From contig CBDFIJ010000004.1 of the NCBI GenBank assembly GCA_965248055.1, positions 832,001 through 896,000 on the forward strand: a stretch of 64,000 nt of DNA, in the 5' to 3' direction. Numbering within the stretch: position 1 is the first letter of the stretch; every line of letters starts with the position of its first letter. Positions 19,629 to 29,697 of the stretch are shown here, in pieces. The stretch comes from Candidatus Multivoradales bacterium (GTDB lineage Bacteria; Acidobacteriota; Thermoanaerobaculia; Multivoradales; JAHEKO01). The notes below the pieces were generated by a model. That model saw only the letters and a program-made list of their open reading frames with translations. It was not told the origin of the DNA and searched no databases. Position numbers and translations under genes: made by a program.

Positions 19629-20346
19629 CTAGTACCAAATCGCCATCCTCAACCCCTTCGCATCCACCTCAGGATCTTCAGGCAGGGTCTTGGCTGTTCC
19701 TCGATAGATCCGCTCAGCACTCCACACGGCGATGTGGGCATCGATCAGGTCGTCCAGCGCGACCTCCTTTCGCAAGTACTTGCCATCGGCCTCATCATTC
19801 CACCACTGCCACCATCGCTCCCCCAGCAGCCTACGCAACAAAGCCAACCGTACCTCTCGTCCCGCCCGAGACTTCTTCTTCTCGACAATCGCACGATCGG
19901 CATTGGCAGCCCAGAATGAAACTTCGGGGTGCACTTCCTTGACCACGGACTGCAGCTCCGACGTCATCACTGCATCGACTTCTCGCAGCTTTGGAAATAT
20001 TGCCAGAATCTGCAGGGTGAGCCCCACGGGCCGGGTTGCATTCTTTGGCTTTCTTCTCCGATTTTGCCCAGATCGCTGAGCGGCAAGGTCTGGAGAACAC
20101 ACTGGTCATGCGCGGCCAGCCAAGCACCGCTCTCGCCGCCCGATCCACCGATGCCCCACCCTTCTGGGCTGCCTCAGGGAGCGCAATCGGAACATCCACC
20201 GCCACAACTTCTGGAGAACCTGGTAAATGCAAGAGATCCTCGAACCGCGGCACCCTCTGCAAGGCCCACTCTCCGCTGTCTAGATTCTTTGAAACGGCAA
20301 TCCAGCCTGACGGGCAACCGTCGACACCAGTTACCCAAAGCCCCAC
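19629..20346 (-). pseudogene. DUF429 (predicted RNase H-like nuclease), split by a frameshift near 20020-20040
   Basis: N-half GVDGCPSGW..VDVPIAL..DRAAR..SVFSRPCR in ORF 19831-20346; C-half PKLREVD..EVHPEVSF..DDLIDA..GLRMAIWY in ORF 19629-20102. Confidence 0.8.
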
Positions 20347-23300
20347 TAGCCGGCCTCCACGCTCAGACCTGCCTTGATCTCGGCCAGCTTGCCAAAGATT
20401 CCATCGATCACATTCTTTTTGTCGGCAAACAAAGCATCAGGGCCGCCGTCGTGCAGGTTGCTGAAGGGAGATTCGTAGAGAGCCGAAGCCTCCATGACCC
20501 CGCGAGCGGTTAGCTGATCGATCACCATCTCGACGAAACGGATCTGCTGGGGTGTCAGGCTGCGGTCGGCCAGGAAGCCGGAGAATGCGGCCTGAGCCGC
20601 GGAACGGTCCAGCCCCACCAGGTGGCGAACAAAGTGGACTAGCGAAGGTGCCTCGTTGCGAGCCAGTAAGCCTGAAAGCAGCGTCTGGCCATCCTCCTCA
20701 CCGATCTCGGCCAGCGTGTCTTCCAACCCCTGCAAATCGGCCACAGTGAGAGGCTGGTTGGTCCGAAGGCGGCGGATAACGATGTGGTCGAGGTGATTTC
20801 GCAGATACTCCCTGACCTTCTTCTCGTACTGCGCACCGGTCATCTTGGGCATGTACACAACTTCGTTTTCGCGCACCCCCATCACCTGGTCTTGGAAGTC
20901 GGTGTAAACGATCTTGCGCTTTTTCTTGTCTAGGAAAGGTACCAATTCACGCAACCGTAGGCGTAGATCCTCAAGGCTCTTCAGATCGATCCCTTGCCAA
21001 AAACTGCTCTCCTGCATCGCAGTCAAGTAGGCCAATTGAGCCTTAACCGCTGGAATGGTGTTCTTCTCTTCCAGCAGCATGGCGATCTCGACCATCCGCT
21101 GACGCTGGCTCTCTAAAACCGCCGCGGCACCTTCCGCTAGAGCGAGTTGCATGCGCAATGCGGTGAGATCGAACATGCGCGACTCCAGCTCATCGCTCTC
21201 AACTTCAGTCGGTAGCCGCGCGATCTCACCCTGCAACTTCTCACGGTCGTCATCACTGAGTTGTTCCCAAGCCTTGCGCTCTCGGAAGCGATTCACCGGC
21301 TCCAGATGCATGCGCACGATGAAGTTGTCCCGGTTCATGGCCGCCACTTCCCCGTGTAATCCGCTGGCAAGCGATGCCCTGAGTGCAGAATCCGGGTCCA
21401 ACTCCGGCATCGCCTGAATATGGGACAGCAACTGCACTCGAGAGCGGAACAGCCGAGTGCCCAACGGTACGCCGCTACTAGCCTCGATGCCGGGCGGGTG
21501 CTCATTGAAGAAATCGAAATTGAAGCAAAAGTCGAAGACTCGGAAGTCCTGCTTGTCTTCATCCGGCCCAAATAAATCGGGGCACAAGCGTGTACCGCGC
21601 CCGATCATCTGCCAGAACTTGATCTTCGAGTAGACCGGTTTAAAGAACACCAGATTTGCCACCTCTGGCACATCGATGCCGGTGTCGAGCATGTCGACTG
21701 AAATTGCGATGTGCGGAGCCTTTTCTTTCTGAGAAAAATCGTCAAGCAGGCTCTGCGGATACTTAGCGTAGTGGTCGATGATGCGGGCAAAGTGGCCCTT
21801 GTACTGCGGGTAGTGGTGGTTGAACCGCTGCTCGATGAACTTGGCGTGCTCGTGGTTACGGGCAAACAGAATCGTCTTGGCCAGCCGATCGCCGCCTTCG
21901 ACCTTATGCCCGTGTTCCATCAGGTGCTGTAGCACCTTGTCTACGGTGTCCTTGTTGAACAGCCAACTGTTGATGGCGGCAGCGTTCACTCGCTCCGGTA
22001 CGCCGTGCTCATCCGCATCGTCGCCCCAGTCGAGGCCTTCCCACTGCTCCTTCTCCTCGTCGCTCAGCGAGTCGTAATCGATGCCTTCATGAGGAAACTT
22101 CAAATCCACCTGCTGCACTCGCGGCGGCACCAAGAAGCCATCCGCCACCGCAGTCTCCAACTCATAGGCGTCGGTCGGCACCCCTGGCTCCAGATCAAAC
22201 AGGGTGTAGGTGTTTTTTTCCACCTGCTCCCTTGGCGTTGCCGTCAAGCCCACCAGCAACGAGTCAAAGTAGCTGAAGATCGCACCATATCTCTGGTACA
22301 CCGAACGATGAGCCTCGTCGATAATCACCAGGTCGAAATGTCCTACGCTGAAGCGGGCCTCATCGCTTCCTCGATGGGAAATGGTTTCGTCGATCAGCCC
22401 CATCATGGTCGGATAGGTAGATATATAGACCCGGCCCGTCTGATCCTTCTCGGTCACCAAGTTCACCGGGCTCGACTCCGGTAGATGGGTCTTGAAGGCG
22501 CTTACCGCTTGATTCACCAGAGCCACCCGATCGGCCAAAAACAACGCCCGCTTCACCCAACCCGCCCGCTGCAGAACGTCCACTAGCGCAACCGAGGTAC
22601 GGGTCTTGCCGGTACCGGTGGCCATCACCAACAGTGCCTTGCGCCGTGCTTGGGCGAACTGGCCCCCAATGCTGCCGATAGCCCGTTTCTGATAGTAGCG
22701 ATCGACGATCTCGTCCTTAACCTGGCCCACATCCAGCGGCTTCCGCTGGGTTCGGCGCAGGATCACAGCTGCCAGCTCACCTTTCTTATAGAACCCGGCA
22801 GCGGTGCGGGGCGGGTAGAGCAGGTCATCCCAGATCCAAGTCTGATAGCCGTTGGTGTAAAAAATCACTGGACGTTGACCGTGCATCGCCTCCAGGCAAT
22901 CGGCGTAGAGCTTGGCCTGCTGCTGCCCCACCTGCGGGTCGACGGTGGTCTTCTTGGCCTCCACCACCGCCAGTGGCTTACCGTCGTCACCCCACAGGAC
23001 GTAGTCGGCATACCCGATGCCCGAGTCGTTCGGCATGCCCTTGACCTCGTATTCGCGGTCATACGGCTTATCGAGCGGCCAGCCGGCTCGCTTCAGGGCG
23101 AGGTCGATAATGAGCTCGCGAGTCTTGTCCTCGTTCCAATCGTGAGTGTCGGGGACCGCCTGGTTCTCCGCCTTGAACGCCGCTAGCCGTTCGCGCAGCG
23201 CCTCCAACTCGCTCTCAACTTCCTTGCGCGCCTCTTCCGCCACATCCAGCTTCTTCTTGAGCGCGTCCAGTGCCTCGACGCTGGCGGGCTTAGCTTGCAG

Positions 23301-23753
23301 CTCCGTTTTCGGCACCAATGCTTCGTCGAAGGTCTTCCCTTGCAGGCTCACCGCTCCTTGGCGTAGATAGGAGCGCCCCGCCCAATAGCTGACGTGGTAC
23401 AGCTCCCGCACAATCTCAAGTGCCTTCTCGGCCGTGGGCATTTTCTTGCCGTGCACCGCCACGTTGCCCGCCTGTCGGATGTACTCGGCCTTCTGCCACA
23501 CCACCTCCGGCACCAGCTCCTGGAAGGCGGGTTCCTGGAGGTAACCATCCAAGTTGGTAACCCTCGGCGGGCTCAGTGTGCTGTCAACCCGGTAGATCCG
23601 GGCCAACAAGCGTTCCAGCGCGTGCCGGGAATGGAAGCACGAGGCCCGCGGGTCGCCGTATACCTGCCGCTCGGCGTAACTCGCGCTCTCCGCCGCGTGC
23701 GGGAACTCCTGCTTCAGAAAGGCGAAGTTCGACGTTGAGTCGATACCGGTCAC
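20346..23753 (-). CDS. hsdR: Type I restriction enzyme R subunit (EcoAI/EcoEI-like, DUF4145-like N-terminus)
   Basis: ADYVLW..VEAKK nuclease motif, [30 protein letters not shown]. Confidence 0.95.
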   Translation of the reverse strand: MTGIDSTSNFAFLKQEFPHAAESASYAERQVYGDPRASCFHSRHALERLLARIYRVDSTLSPPRVTNLDGYLQEPAFQELVPEVVWQKAEYIRQAGNVAVHGKKMPTAEKALEIVRELYHVSYWAGRSYLRQGAVSLQGKTFDEALVPKTELQAKPASVEALDALKKKLDVAEEARKEVESELEALRERLAAFKAENQAVPDTHDWNEDKTRELIIDLALKRAGWPLDKPYDREYEVKGMPNDSGIGYADYVLWGDDGKPLAVVEAKKTTVDPQVGQQQAKLYADCLEAMHGQRPVIFYTNGYQTWIWDDLLYPPRTAAGFYKKGELAAVILRRTQRKPLDVGQVKDEIVDRYYQKRAIGSIGGQFAQARRKALLVMATGTGKTRTSVALVDVLQRAGWVKRALFLADRVALVNQAVSAFKTHLPESSPVNLVTEKDQTGRVYISTYPTMMGLIDETISHRGSDEARFSVGHFDLVIIDEAHRSVYQRYGAIFSYFDSLLVGLTATPREQVEKNTYTLFDLEPGVPTDAYELETAVADGFLVPPRVQQVDLKFPHEGIDYDSLSDEEKEQWEGLDWGDDADEHGVPERVNAAAINSWLFNKDTVDKVLQHLMEHGHKVEGGDRLAKTILFARNHEHAKFIEQRFNHHYPQYKGHFARIIDHYAKYPQSLLDDFSQKEKAPHIAISVDMLDTGIDVPEVANLVFFKPVYSKIKFWQMIGRGTRLCPDLFGPDEDKQDFRVFDFCFNFDFFNEHPPGIEASSGVPLGTRLFRSRVQLLSHIQAMPELDPDSALRASLASGLHGEVAAMNRDNFIVRMHLEPVNRFRERKAWEQLSDDDREKLQGEIARLPTEVESDELESRMFDLTALRMQLALAEGAAAVLESQRQRMVEIAMLLEEKNTIPAVKAQLAYLTAMQESSFWQGIDLKSLEDLRLRLRELVPFLDKKKRKIVYTDFQDQVMGVRENEVVYMPKMTGAQYEKKVREYLRNHLDHIVIRRLRTNQPLTVADLQGLEDTLAEIGEEDGQTLLSGLLARNEAPSLVHFVRHLVGLDRSAAQAAFSGFLADRSLTPQQIRFVEMVIDQLTARGVMEASALYESPFSNLHDGGPDALFADKKNVIDGIFGKLAEIKAGLSVEAG

Positions 23754-24874
23754 ACCCGCACCAGCTCCATCAATGGCTCGAATCGATAGACCGCCGAGCG
23801 CCGTCCGGATGCCTCCCGCACTGTGTGCAGCAAGCCCTCTTGCAGCAGCCCGCGGGTAAACCGGCCCGCGGTCGCGACGGGTATCCCGGCCTCGCTGGTG
23901 AACCGGCTGTTACTAAACACCGGCCAGGTGAACAGATAGTCCAACGCCGCGATGGAATGCTTGGAGGCCAACAGATCCGCAAAGCGAGCCTTCATCTCCT
24001 GGTAGCAAGCGCGAATCTCCTGAGCGACTTTCAGGTTGTGGACTGCTTGCTCCTCCACAGCGGTCAGAAAGAAGCTACACCACTCCTGCCAGTCGCCGCG
24101 CTCCGACACCCGGCGCAAACGGTCAATGTAGTCATCCTTGTGGTCCTCGAAGTATCGGCTGATATAGAAATGCGGTGCGGAAATCGCTCCACCGTTCCAC
24201 AGCATTAACGTGATCAACATCCTCCCAAGCCGGCCATTGCCGTCCTTGAAAGGGTGCAGCGCCTCGAACTCGGCGTGCGCCAGGGCAGTCCGCATCAAGA
24301 TTGGGACACTGTCATCTCCAATCAACCGAAACAAAGCCTGCATTCCAGCTTCTAGGTGCTCCGGGGCAATGGGTACGAAGCTGGCCTCGCGACCACCTCG
24401 GGCACCAATGTAGTTCTGCTCCTCCTTGTAGGCGCCCGGCGACTTGCTCGCACCGCGGCCGAACGAAAGGAGGTGCTGGTGGATGCTCTTGATAAGGGAC
24501 TCCGACAGCGGACGGCCTTCTTCGAGTTGCTTGTGGGCTGCACTCAAAGCTCGCCGGTATAGCGCTGTTTCGAGGACCTCGGAGCGGAAACCCCTCGCCG
24601 CACCCTCCCCATCGTCGCCGTACTCCGCCTCCAGTTGAAGGATTTCGTCCATCGTGCTGACGGTGCCTTCCATGCGCGAAGAGACCACGGCCTCCTGGCT
24701 GCGCATCGGGGCCAGAAAGAATTCGCTGTTGTGCATCCCTTGGAGCATTTGGTCGTAGCGAGCCAACGCCTCAGTGGCGGCCAGTAAGCCCGGCAGCAAG
24801 CGCCCAGGATCGAGCTCAGAGGGTGGAAACTGTCCAATGTGGTAGTGCACTGCGTTGCTGATATCAATAGTCAC
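23750..24874 (-). CDS. Fic family protein with C-terminal HTH, embedded between hsdS and hsdR
   Basis: EAVVSSRMEG, HPFKDGNGRLGR; GTGA overlap with hsdR; RBS GAGGAG. Confidence 0.93.
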   Translation of the reverse strand: MTIDISNAVHYHIGQFPPSELDPGRLLPGLLAATEALARYDQMLQGMHNSEFFLAPMRSQEAVVSSRMEGTVSTMDEILQLEAEYGDDGEGAARGFRSEVLETALYRRALSAAHKQLEEGRPLSESLIKSIHQHLLSFGRGASKSPGAYKEEQNYIGARGGREASFVPIAPEHLEAGMQALFRLIGDDSVPILMRTALAHAEFEALHPFKDGNGRLGRMLITLMLWNGGAISAPHFYISRYFEDHKDDYIDRLRRVSERGDWQEWCSFFLTAVEEQAVHNLKVAQEIRACYQEMKARFADLLASKHSIAALDYLFTWPVFSNSRFTSEAGIPVATAGRFTRGLLQEGLLHTVREASGRRSAVYRFEPLMELVRV

Positions 24875-24901
24875 GGGACCGGCTCCTCACCGAATTTTAC
24901 T

Positions 24902-25005
24902 TTGTTGATCATTTTAGTCGAAATTTGATCAACAAAACAACTGGACCTGCACGGATGAACAACAACGTGACTTGTTGCTCACGAACTCGACGATTTGATC
25001 AACAA
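24902..25005. promoter_or_regulatory. Five TGA[T/A/G]CAACAA motifs including two inverted pairs with 14-bp spacers
   Basis: TTGTTGATCA 24902, TGATCAACAA 24926, TGAACAACAA 24956, TTGTTGCTCA 24972, TGATCAACAA 24996. Confidence 0.75.
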
Positions 25006-25148
25006 CGGACTTTGTTCGCCTCAGACGAGCGACAACCCCGCACCCTCACCGTTGCCAGCGTAAACACCGCGATCATCGACAGGACAGGCCATAGGCTGAC
25101 ACAACAGAAATTCTTCGCCGTGACCACTCCGCCGCCCACCGGCGAAAA

Positions 25149-26321
25149 CTAGAGCTCGCCCTGAAAGGCGCTGGATTGCAGCGAGGCAAAGAGCGTGTCG
25201 AGTTCGGCGAGGTGGGCGCGTTGGCTGGTCTTCTGTTGCTCGATGGAGTCGACGATATCGGCGAAGCGACGTTGGCGTTCTAGCGGGGGCAGAGGGATCG
25301 GGAGCTTTCGCAGATCTCGTACATTGAGGTGCTTTGATGTGGAACCCGTCATCAACCGACCTAGACGTTCCGGCGCTAGGTCGTGAACCAGAAGGCGCAG
25401 CAGGAATTTTGGATGCAACTTCGACTCGATCGTCCGAAGCTGGACGAGCCGCTGCCCCATGCATACGCGCATGCCTTCGGCCACCAGAGCTAGGACACCG
25501 ACTGTGCCTTCACGACTGAGGACGATGTCATCTGGGAGGATCTCGCTCCGCTTCGTGCGCTCCCTATAGTCGTCCTCCGTAACGAACCGAGTGTCGGTCC
25601 AGATCCACTCTCCCTTACCGAGATTCGACGTCCGCAGACAGATCACCCCCGCGTCGCTCCAGCGCGGAGTCGAGTGGGGGCAGTCGACCACCTTCTCGCA
25701 GACTTCCTCCAGACAGGGCTTCTCCCACCCCATCGGATTGGTGACAGGGTCGCCGAACAAGTCGAGGAAGGTGGATTGGAGCAGGGTGTCGAGCTGGGCG
25801 AGGGACTCGCGGCGCTTGGCCCGCAATCTGTCAGCCTGATCCAGAATCCCCGCAATCCGCTTCTGCTCGGCGAGGGGCGGGAGGGGGATTGCTGACGCCT
25901 TGACTTTGGCATCAGACACAGCCGGATAGTTCGCTCCAGTCGCCACGTCGACCATTCGCTGCACGAAGACGCCAGTCCTGACCCAGTGAAACAGGTACAT
26001 CGAGTCGAGTTCGTCGTCCTTGGGTCGAAGGACGCAGTAGCCCGTCGATGCGGTCATTCCACGCTGGGCACCATTGACGAGAGCGACACCGTTGAGGTTC
26101 GGGCGAACAGTCGCAACAAGAACGTCGCCTGTCTCTACGAGCTGCCTTGCTCTACTGGGCGCCTTGGAACACTCGTAACATTGGATAGTCACGATGGCCT
26201 TGGCGTCCTTGTCCACCGAACTCAGATCTATGTAGTCGAAGCTGCCGGAGCCAGTAGTCCGTGGATTCCAGGTATTGCACTTGTCGACGAGGTCGCCGAT
26301 GGGCTGCTCTTGCCACATCAT
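25149..26321 (-). CDS. hsdS: Type I R-M specificity subunit
   Basis: Two TRDs and conserved regions IPLPPLAEQKRIA..LFGDP..NPMGW and IPLPPLERQRRF..AFQGEL. Confidence 0.95.
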   Translation of the reverse strand: MMWQEQPIGDLVDKCNTWNPRTTGSGSFDYIDLSSVDKDAKAIVTIQCYECSKAPSRARQLVETGDVLVATVRPNLNGVALVNGAQRGMTASTGYCVLRPKDDELDSMYLFHWVRTGVFVQRMVDVATGANYPAVSDAKVKASAIPLPPLAEQKRIAGILDQADRLRAKRRESLAQLDTLLQSTFLDLFGDPVTNPMGWEKPCLEEVCEKVVDCPHSTPRWSDAGVICLRTSNLGKGEWIWTDTRFVTEDDYRERTKRSEILPDDIVLSREGTVGVLALVAEGMRVCMGQRLVQLRTIESKLHPKFLLRLLVHDLAPERLGRLMTGSTSKHLNVRDLRKLPIPLPPLERQRRFADIVDSIEQQKTSQRAHLAELDTLFASLQSSAFQGEL

Positions 26322-26410
26322 CCCAGCATCCCCTCCAACTCCTCACGCCCCTTCGCGATCTCCTCCTCCAGTTCCGCCAGCCGCTCAGCATTCCGATTTC
26401 TGCCTTCCAT
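26318..26410 (-). CDS. 30-aa mini-ORF duplicating the HsdM C-terminal helix
   Basis: MEGRNRNAERLAELEEEIAKGREELEGMLG versus HsdM ..ERLAELEKEIAKERENLAEMLE; purine-rich AGGGGTGAG before ATG; ATGA overlap with hsdS. Confidence 0.55.
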   Translation of the reverse strand: MEGRNRNAERLAELEEEIAKGREELEGMLG

Positions 26411-26423
26411 GCTCACCCCTGCA

Positions 26424-26620
26424 ACCGGCTCGCTTTCCGTCTGAAATCGGCTCAATTCAATGCTGCTCGCTTCAAGAAATCGCCTTCTATGGGCGCCGAC
26501 TCGATTGGTAACCGACACAGAATCAGCAAGTTCTGCCAGCGGTCGCCCTAGGATCGTCGGCATCGGCTCACGGTTGACGAATCGGATCATAATCGGCTCA
26601 AAACGGCTCGGTGAGCCGAT
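26424..26620. repeat. Array of ATCGGCTCA-like 9-mers at the 3' end of the DUF4062-wHTH gene
   Basis: Exact copies at 26446, 26562, 26592, inverted at 26612; variants at 26424, 26581, 26602. Confidence 0.7.
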
Positions 26621-28118
26621 AATGAGTGGATCTTCCCGCACCTACTTTGGTCAAGGTTCCCTCCTCAACCAGGCCAGCCAGCAGACGCTTGGCCGTGGCA
26701 CTAGCCATGCCCAGGCGCTGGACGCAAACCTTGGTGGAAATCGTTCCAACAGCCCGGACCTCCGCCAGAACCGCTTCCCTGGGAGGGAGTTGGTGTTCTT
26801 CGCCAACGGCGGAGGCCCCACTTCGCTTCTTGGGCGATGCTTTCTTATCAGTCGCTGAGGGGCGGAGTTCAACCACCAGGCAGTCGTGATCGATGCTGAA
26901 GATGGGTTTGGGGTGACCGAACTGTTCCAGCAAGCGGACCATACGCGGGATGCCGCTGCCGCGCTCGTCCATCAACTCAAACCAGGACAGGCCCTGCACC
27001 AAAAGAGGATTTCGGGCACGCGATCGGGCTTGCCCGCGAGCCAAGCGCTCGAGCGACTGCCCCCCGGGGGGATGGCCGGGACTGCTGACCAGAAGGCGGT
27101 CAGCAAATAGTTCAATGCCGATTTTGGCACCCGCGTCCCCGTAGTCGCGATGGGCCACGGCATTGACCACTACCTCGCGCAAGACCTCCTGGGGATAGGT
27201 CTCGGTATTGACCCGCTTCAAGCCTTTGACGATCAGTGGCTTCGCGGAGTTGCGCCTGATGAACGCCACGGCGCTCTCGATTACCTGTGGCAGCGGAAGG
27301 CTCAGAATCTCTGAATCCAGGGCATCCCGGTGGCGATCGATTCCGGGAAAAGCATCCATCTGCACCCGCGCCTGAGGCAAGACGACGCCTGGGTTGCGGG
27401 CCAGCAGTAAAGCACCGGCTGTGGTGGGGCGTAGAGTGTCCCCGTCTTTCCACAAGTAACTGCGCGATAGCAGCAGCCGGTCAAGTTCACCCGGATCGAT
27501 CTGATCTTGGTCTTGGTCTTCGGCACTGGCCATCATCTCTAAAGCTAGCCCCGTGTCCAACTGGTCATAACTGAGAAGATGCAGAGGCTCCTTTTCAAAC
27601 GGAGCGGCGGAACGTCGATTCCGGTCCGCCTGTTCAAGCTGCGCGCGCCGAGGCTCAATGGAAAAAGTCTGCTCGATGTGTTCGCGGAGTCGTTTGCCAA
27701 TCGCTTCGAGCAAACTCTCTCCATCGTCGAAACGACTGTAAGTGTGACCGTGGTTTTTGATTTCCTCAAAGAACTGGCGCGCCTTCTTCTCTCGATCCGC
27801 ATCTTTCCCTTTGACGCAAACCAGCGTGGGCATCTGCAGTTCCTGGGCGAGACGATACTCTTCGTGGGTAGCGGACAGTCCGTCACCAGCGTCCGACCCA
27901 TACTTTTCGCCGAGGATCAGGAGATAGAGCTGGCATCGGCGAAGCAGGTGAAGGTAAGCCTTCGGGTTCGGGCGCAAGGGCGACGGATAGTCCTCGAAGA
28001 TTCTGGGCGCAGTGCAATCGCGCAGAAAATCTTCGGTCGAAAGGAAGCTCCCGGTGGCGATCCGTTCCGAGCGTAGCTCTTTTTGCACCGAGCTGATAAA
28101 TACCTTGAGGCGAATCAC
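26598..28118 (-). CDS. DUF4062 domain + RecG C-terminal-like (HATPase_c_4) domain + wHTH protein
   Basis: KVFISSVQKEL..ILGEKYG..SATHEEY (DUF4062); YP..LREVVVNAVAHRDY..SPG..RNPLL..ERGSGI; C-terminal HTH; GTGA overlap with hsdM. Confidence 0.85.
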   Translation of the reverse strand: MIRLKVFISSVQKELRSERIATGSFLSTEDFLRDCTAPRIFEDYPSPLRPNPKAYLHLLRRCQLYLLILGEKYGSDAGDGLSATHEEYRLAQELQMPTLVCVKGKDADREKKARQFFEEIKNHGHTYSRFDDGESLLEAIGKRLREHIEQTFSIEPRRAQLEQADRNRRSAAPFEKEPLHLLSYDQLDTGLALEMMASAEDQDQDQIDPGELDRLLLSRSYLWKDGDTLRPTTAGALLLARNPGVVLPQARVQMDAFPGIDRHRDALDSEILSLPLPQVIESAVAFIRRNSAKPLIVKGLKRVNTETYPQEVLREVVVNAVAHRDYGDAGAKIGIELFADRLLVSSPGHPPGGQSLERLARGQARSRARNPLLVQGLSWFELMDERGSGIPRMVRLLEQFGHPKPIFSIDHDCLVVELRPSATDKKASPKKRSGASAVGEEHQLPPREAVLAEVRAVGTISTKVCVQRLGMASATAKRLLAGLVEEGTLTKVGAGRSTHYRLTEPF

Positions 28119-29611
28119 TCCAGCATCTCCGCCAGGTTCTCACGCTCTTTCGCGATCTCTTTCTCCAACTCCGCTAGCCGTTCCAGGATCAGCTTCGGCG
28201 GGTCGTATTCCACCGCCTCGTAAACCACTTCTTTATAACGGTTGATGGAAAGGTCATAGTCGTTGTCCGCGATCTCGGCTTTGGGTACCAGGAAGCTCTG
28301 GTCTGTCCGCTCGCGATCAGCCTCGCCGTCACGGTTCTGCCAACGAACGAGAATGTCCGCAAGGTCACTCTTGTCCGGCTGCGGGGTGCGCTTGTCGTCA
28401 AGAGAATAGCCGTCAGCTTGCATCTCGTAGAACCAGACGTCGTCGGTTCCGCCCCCTCGGGGATGGTCTAGGGGACTGGTCTTAGTGAACAGCAGGATGG
28501 CGGTGGAAACTCCGGCGTAAGGCTTAAAGACGCCTGAGGGCATGGAGATAATGGCGTCGAGCTTCTGGTCCTCGACCAGAATCTTGCGGAGGGTCTTGTG
28601 CGCCTTGCTGGACCCAAACAGCACCCCGTCGGGCACGATGACGGCGGCGCGGCCGCCGGTTTGGAGTTGGCGCAGAAACAAGGCGAGAAAGAGCAGTTCG
28701 GTTTTCTTGGTTTTGACGATCTGTTGCAAGTCTTTGGCGGTGGATTCGTAGTCGAGGCTGCCAGCGAAGGGCGGATTGGCGAGGACCAGCGAGTAGTTTT
28801 CCCGATCATCGTCTTCTGCTTGAGCCAGGGAGTCCCGGTAACGGATGTCCGGATTCTCCACCCCGTGCAGCAACATATTCATGCTGCCGATGCGCAGCAT
28901 GGTGTTGTCGAAGTCGTAGCCGTGGAACGTGCCCGCGTTGAAGCGACGGCGGGCCTTTGCGTCTTTGTAGATCGTGTCGCTGTGGTGCTCGCGCAGGTAT
29001 TCCGAGGCGGCCACCAGGAAGCCGGCCGTGCCGCAGGCCGGGTCGCAGATCACGTCCTTGGGTGTGGGCGCGGTCATCTCCACCATCAGCTTAATAATGT
29101 GGCGCGGGGTGCGGAACTGCCCGTTCTGTCCGGCCGTGGCGATCTTGCCGAGCATGTACTCATAGAGGTCGCCCTTGGTGTCGCTGTCAGACATGTCGAT
29201 GCTGTCGAGCTGGTCGACCACGTTGGCGAGCACCCGGGCCGTCGGCATCATGAAGAGGGCGTCCTTCATGTGGTGCGTGTAGGTCGAGTCTTCCTTGCCG
29301 TCTCCGTTGTTCCCCAGTGACTTCATGAACGGGAATACCTGGTCGCGCACGGTCTCAAACATCGGCTCCGGGGCCTCCTCTTTGAAACGCGACCAGCGCA
29401 AAGGCTCCTGATCCTCTGAGAACAACGGATCCTCGATCGGCTTGCCGGTTCGTGCCGCCTTGTCTTCCTTGCGCGTATGCAGCTCGTCCAGCCGCTTGAT
29501 GAAGAGTAGGTAGGTCAACTGCTCAATCACCGACAGCGGGTTGGAGATGCCGCCGGACCACATCGTGTCCCAGATTCGGTCGACTTTGGATTTCAGTTCA
29601 CCGGTGATCAT
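28115..29611 (-). CDS. hsdM: Type I R-M N6-adenine methyltransferase M subunit
   Basis: MITGELKSKVD start, GQFRTPRHII, DPACGTAGFL, LANPPF, YDLSINRY. Confidence 0.96.
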   Translation of the reverse strand: MITGELKSKVDRIWDTMWSGGISNPLSVIEQLTYLLFIKRLDELHTRKEDKAARTGKPIEDPLFSEDQEPLRWSRFKEEAPEPMFETVRDQVFPFMKSLGNNGDGKEDSTYTHHMKDALFMMPTARVLANVVDQLDSIDMSDSDTKGDLYEYMLGKIATAGQNGQFRTPRHIIKLMVEMTAPTPKDVICDPACGTAGFLVAASEYLREHHSDTIYKDAKARRRFNAGTFHGYDFDNTMLRIGSMNMLLHGVENPDIRYRDSLAQAEDDDRENYSLVLANPPFAGSLDYESTAKDLQQIVKTKKTELLFLALFLRQLQTGGRAAVIVPDGVLFGSSKAHKTLRKILVEDQKLDAIISMPSGVFKPYAGVSTAILLFTKTSPLDHPRGGGTDDVWFYEMQADGYSLDDKRTPQPDKSDLADILVRWQNRDGEADRERTDQSFLVPKAEIADNDYDLSINRYKEVVYEAVEYDPPKLILERLAELEKEIAKERENLAEMLE

Positions 29612-29697
29612 TAGTTGTTCCTTGTGGTCTCGGTGGCAGATTTAGGTACTTCGGTGATCGGTTGTGCTCTTCGTCCTCGTTCACGAAAACCCGGGAC

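Noticed and set aside
25021-25464. 147-aa ORF overlapping the hsdS end as an alternative TRD or shufflon
   Set aside because: No HsdS motifs, no second hsdS copy and no invertase.
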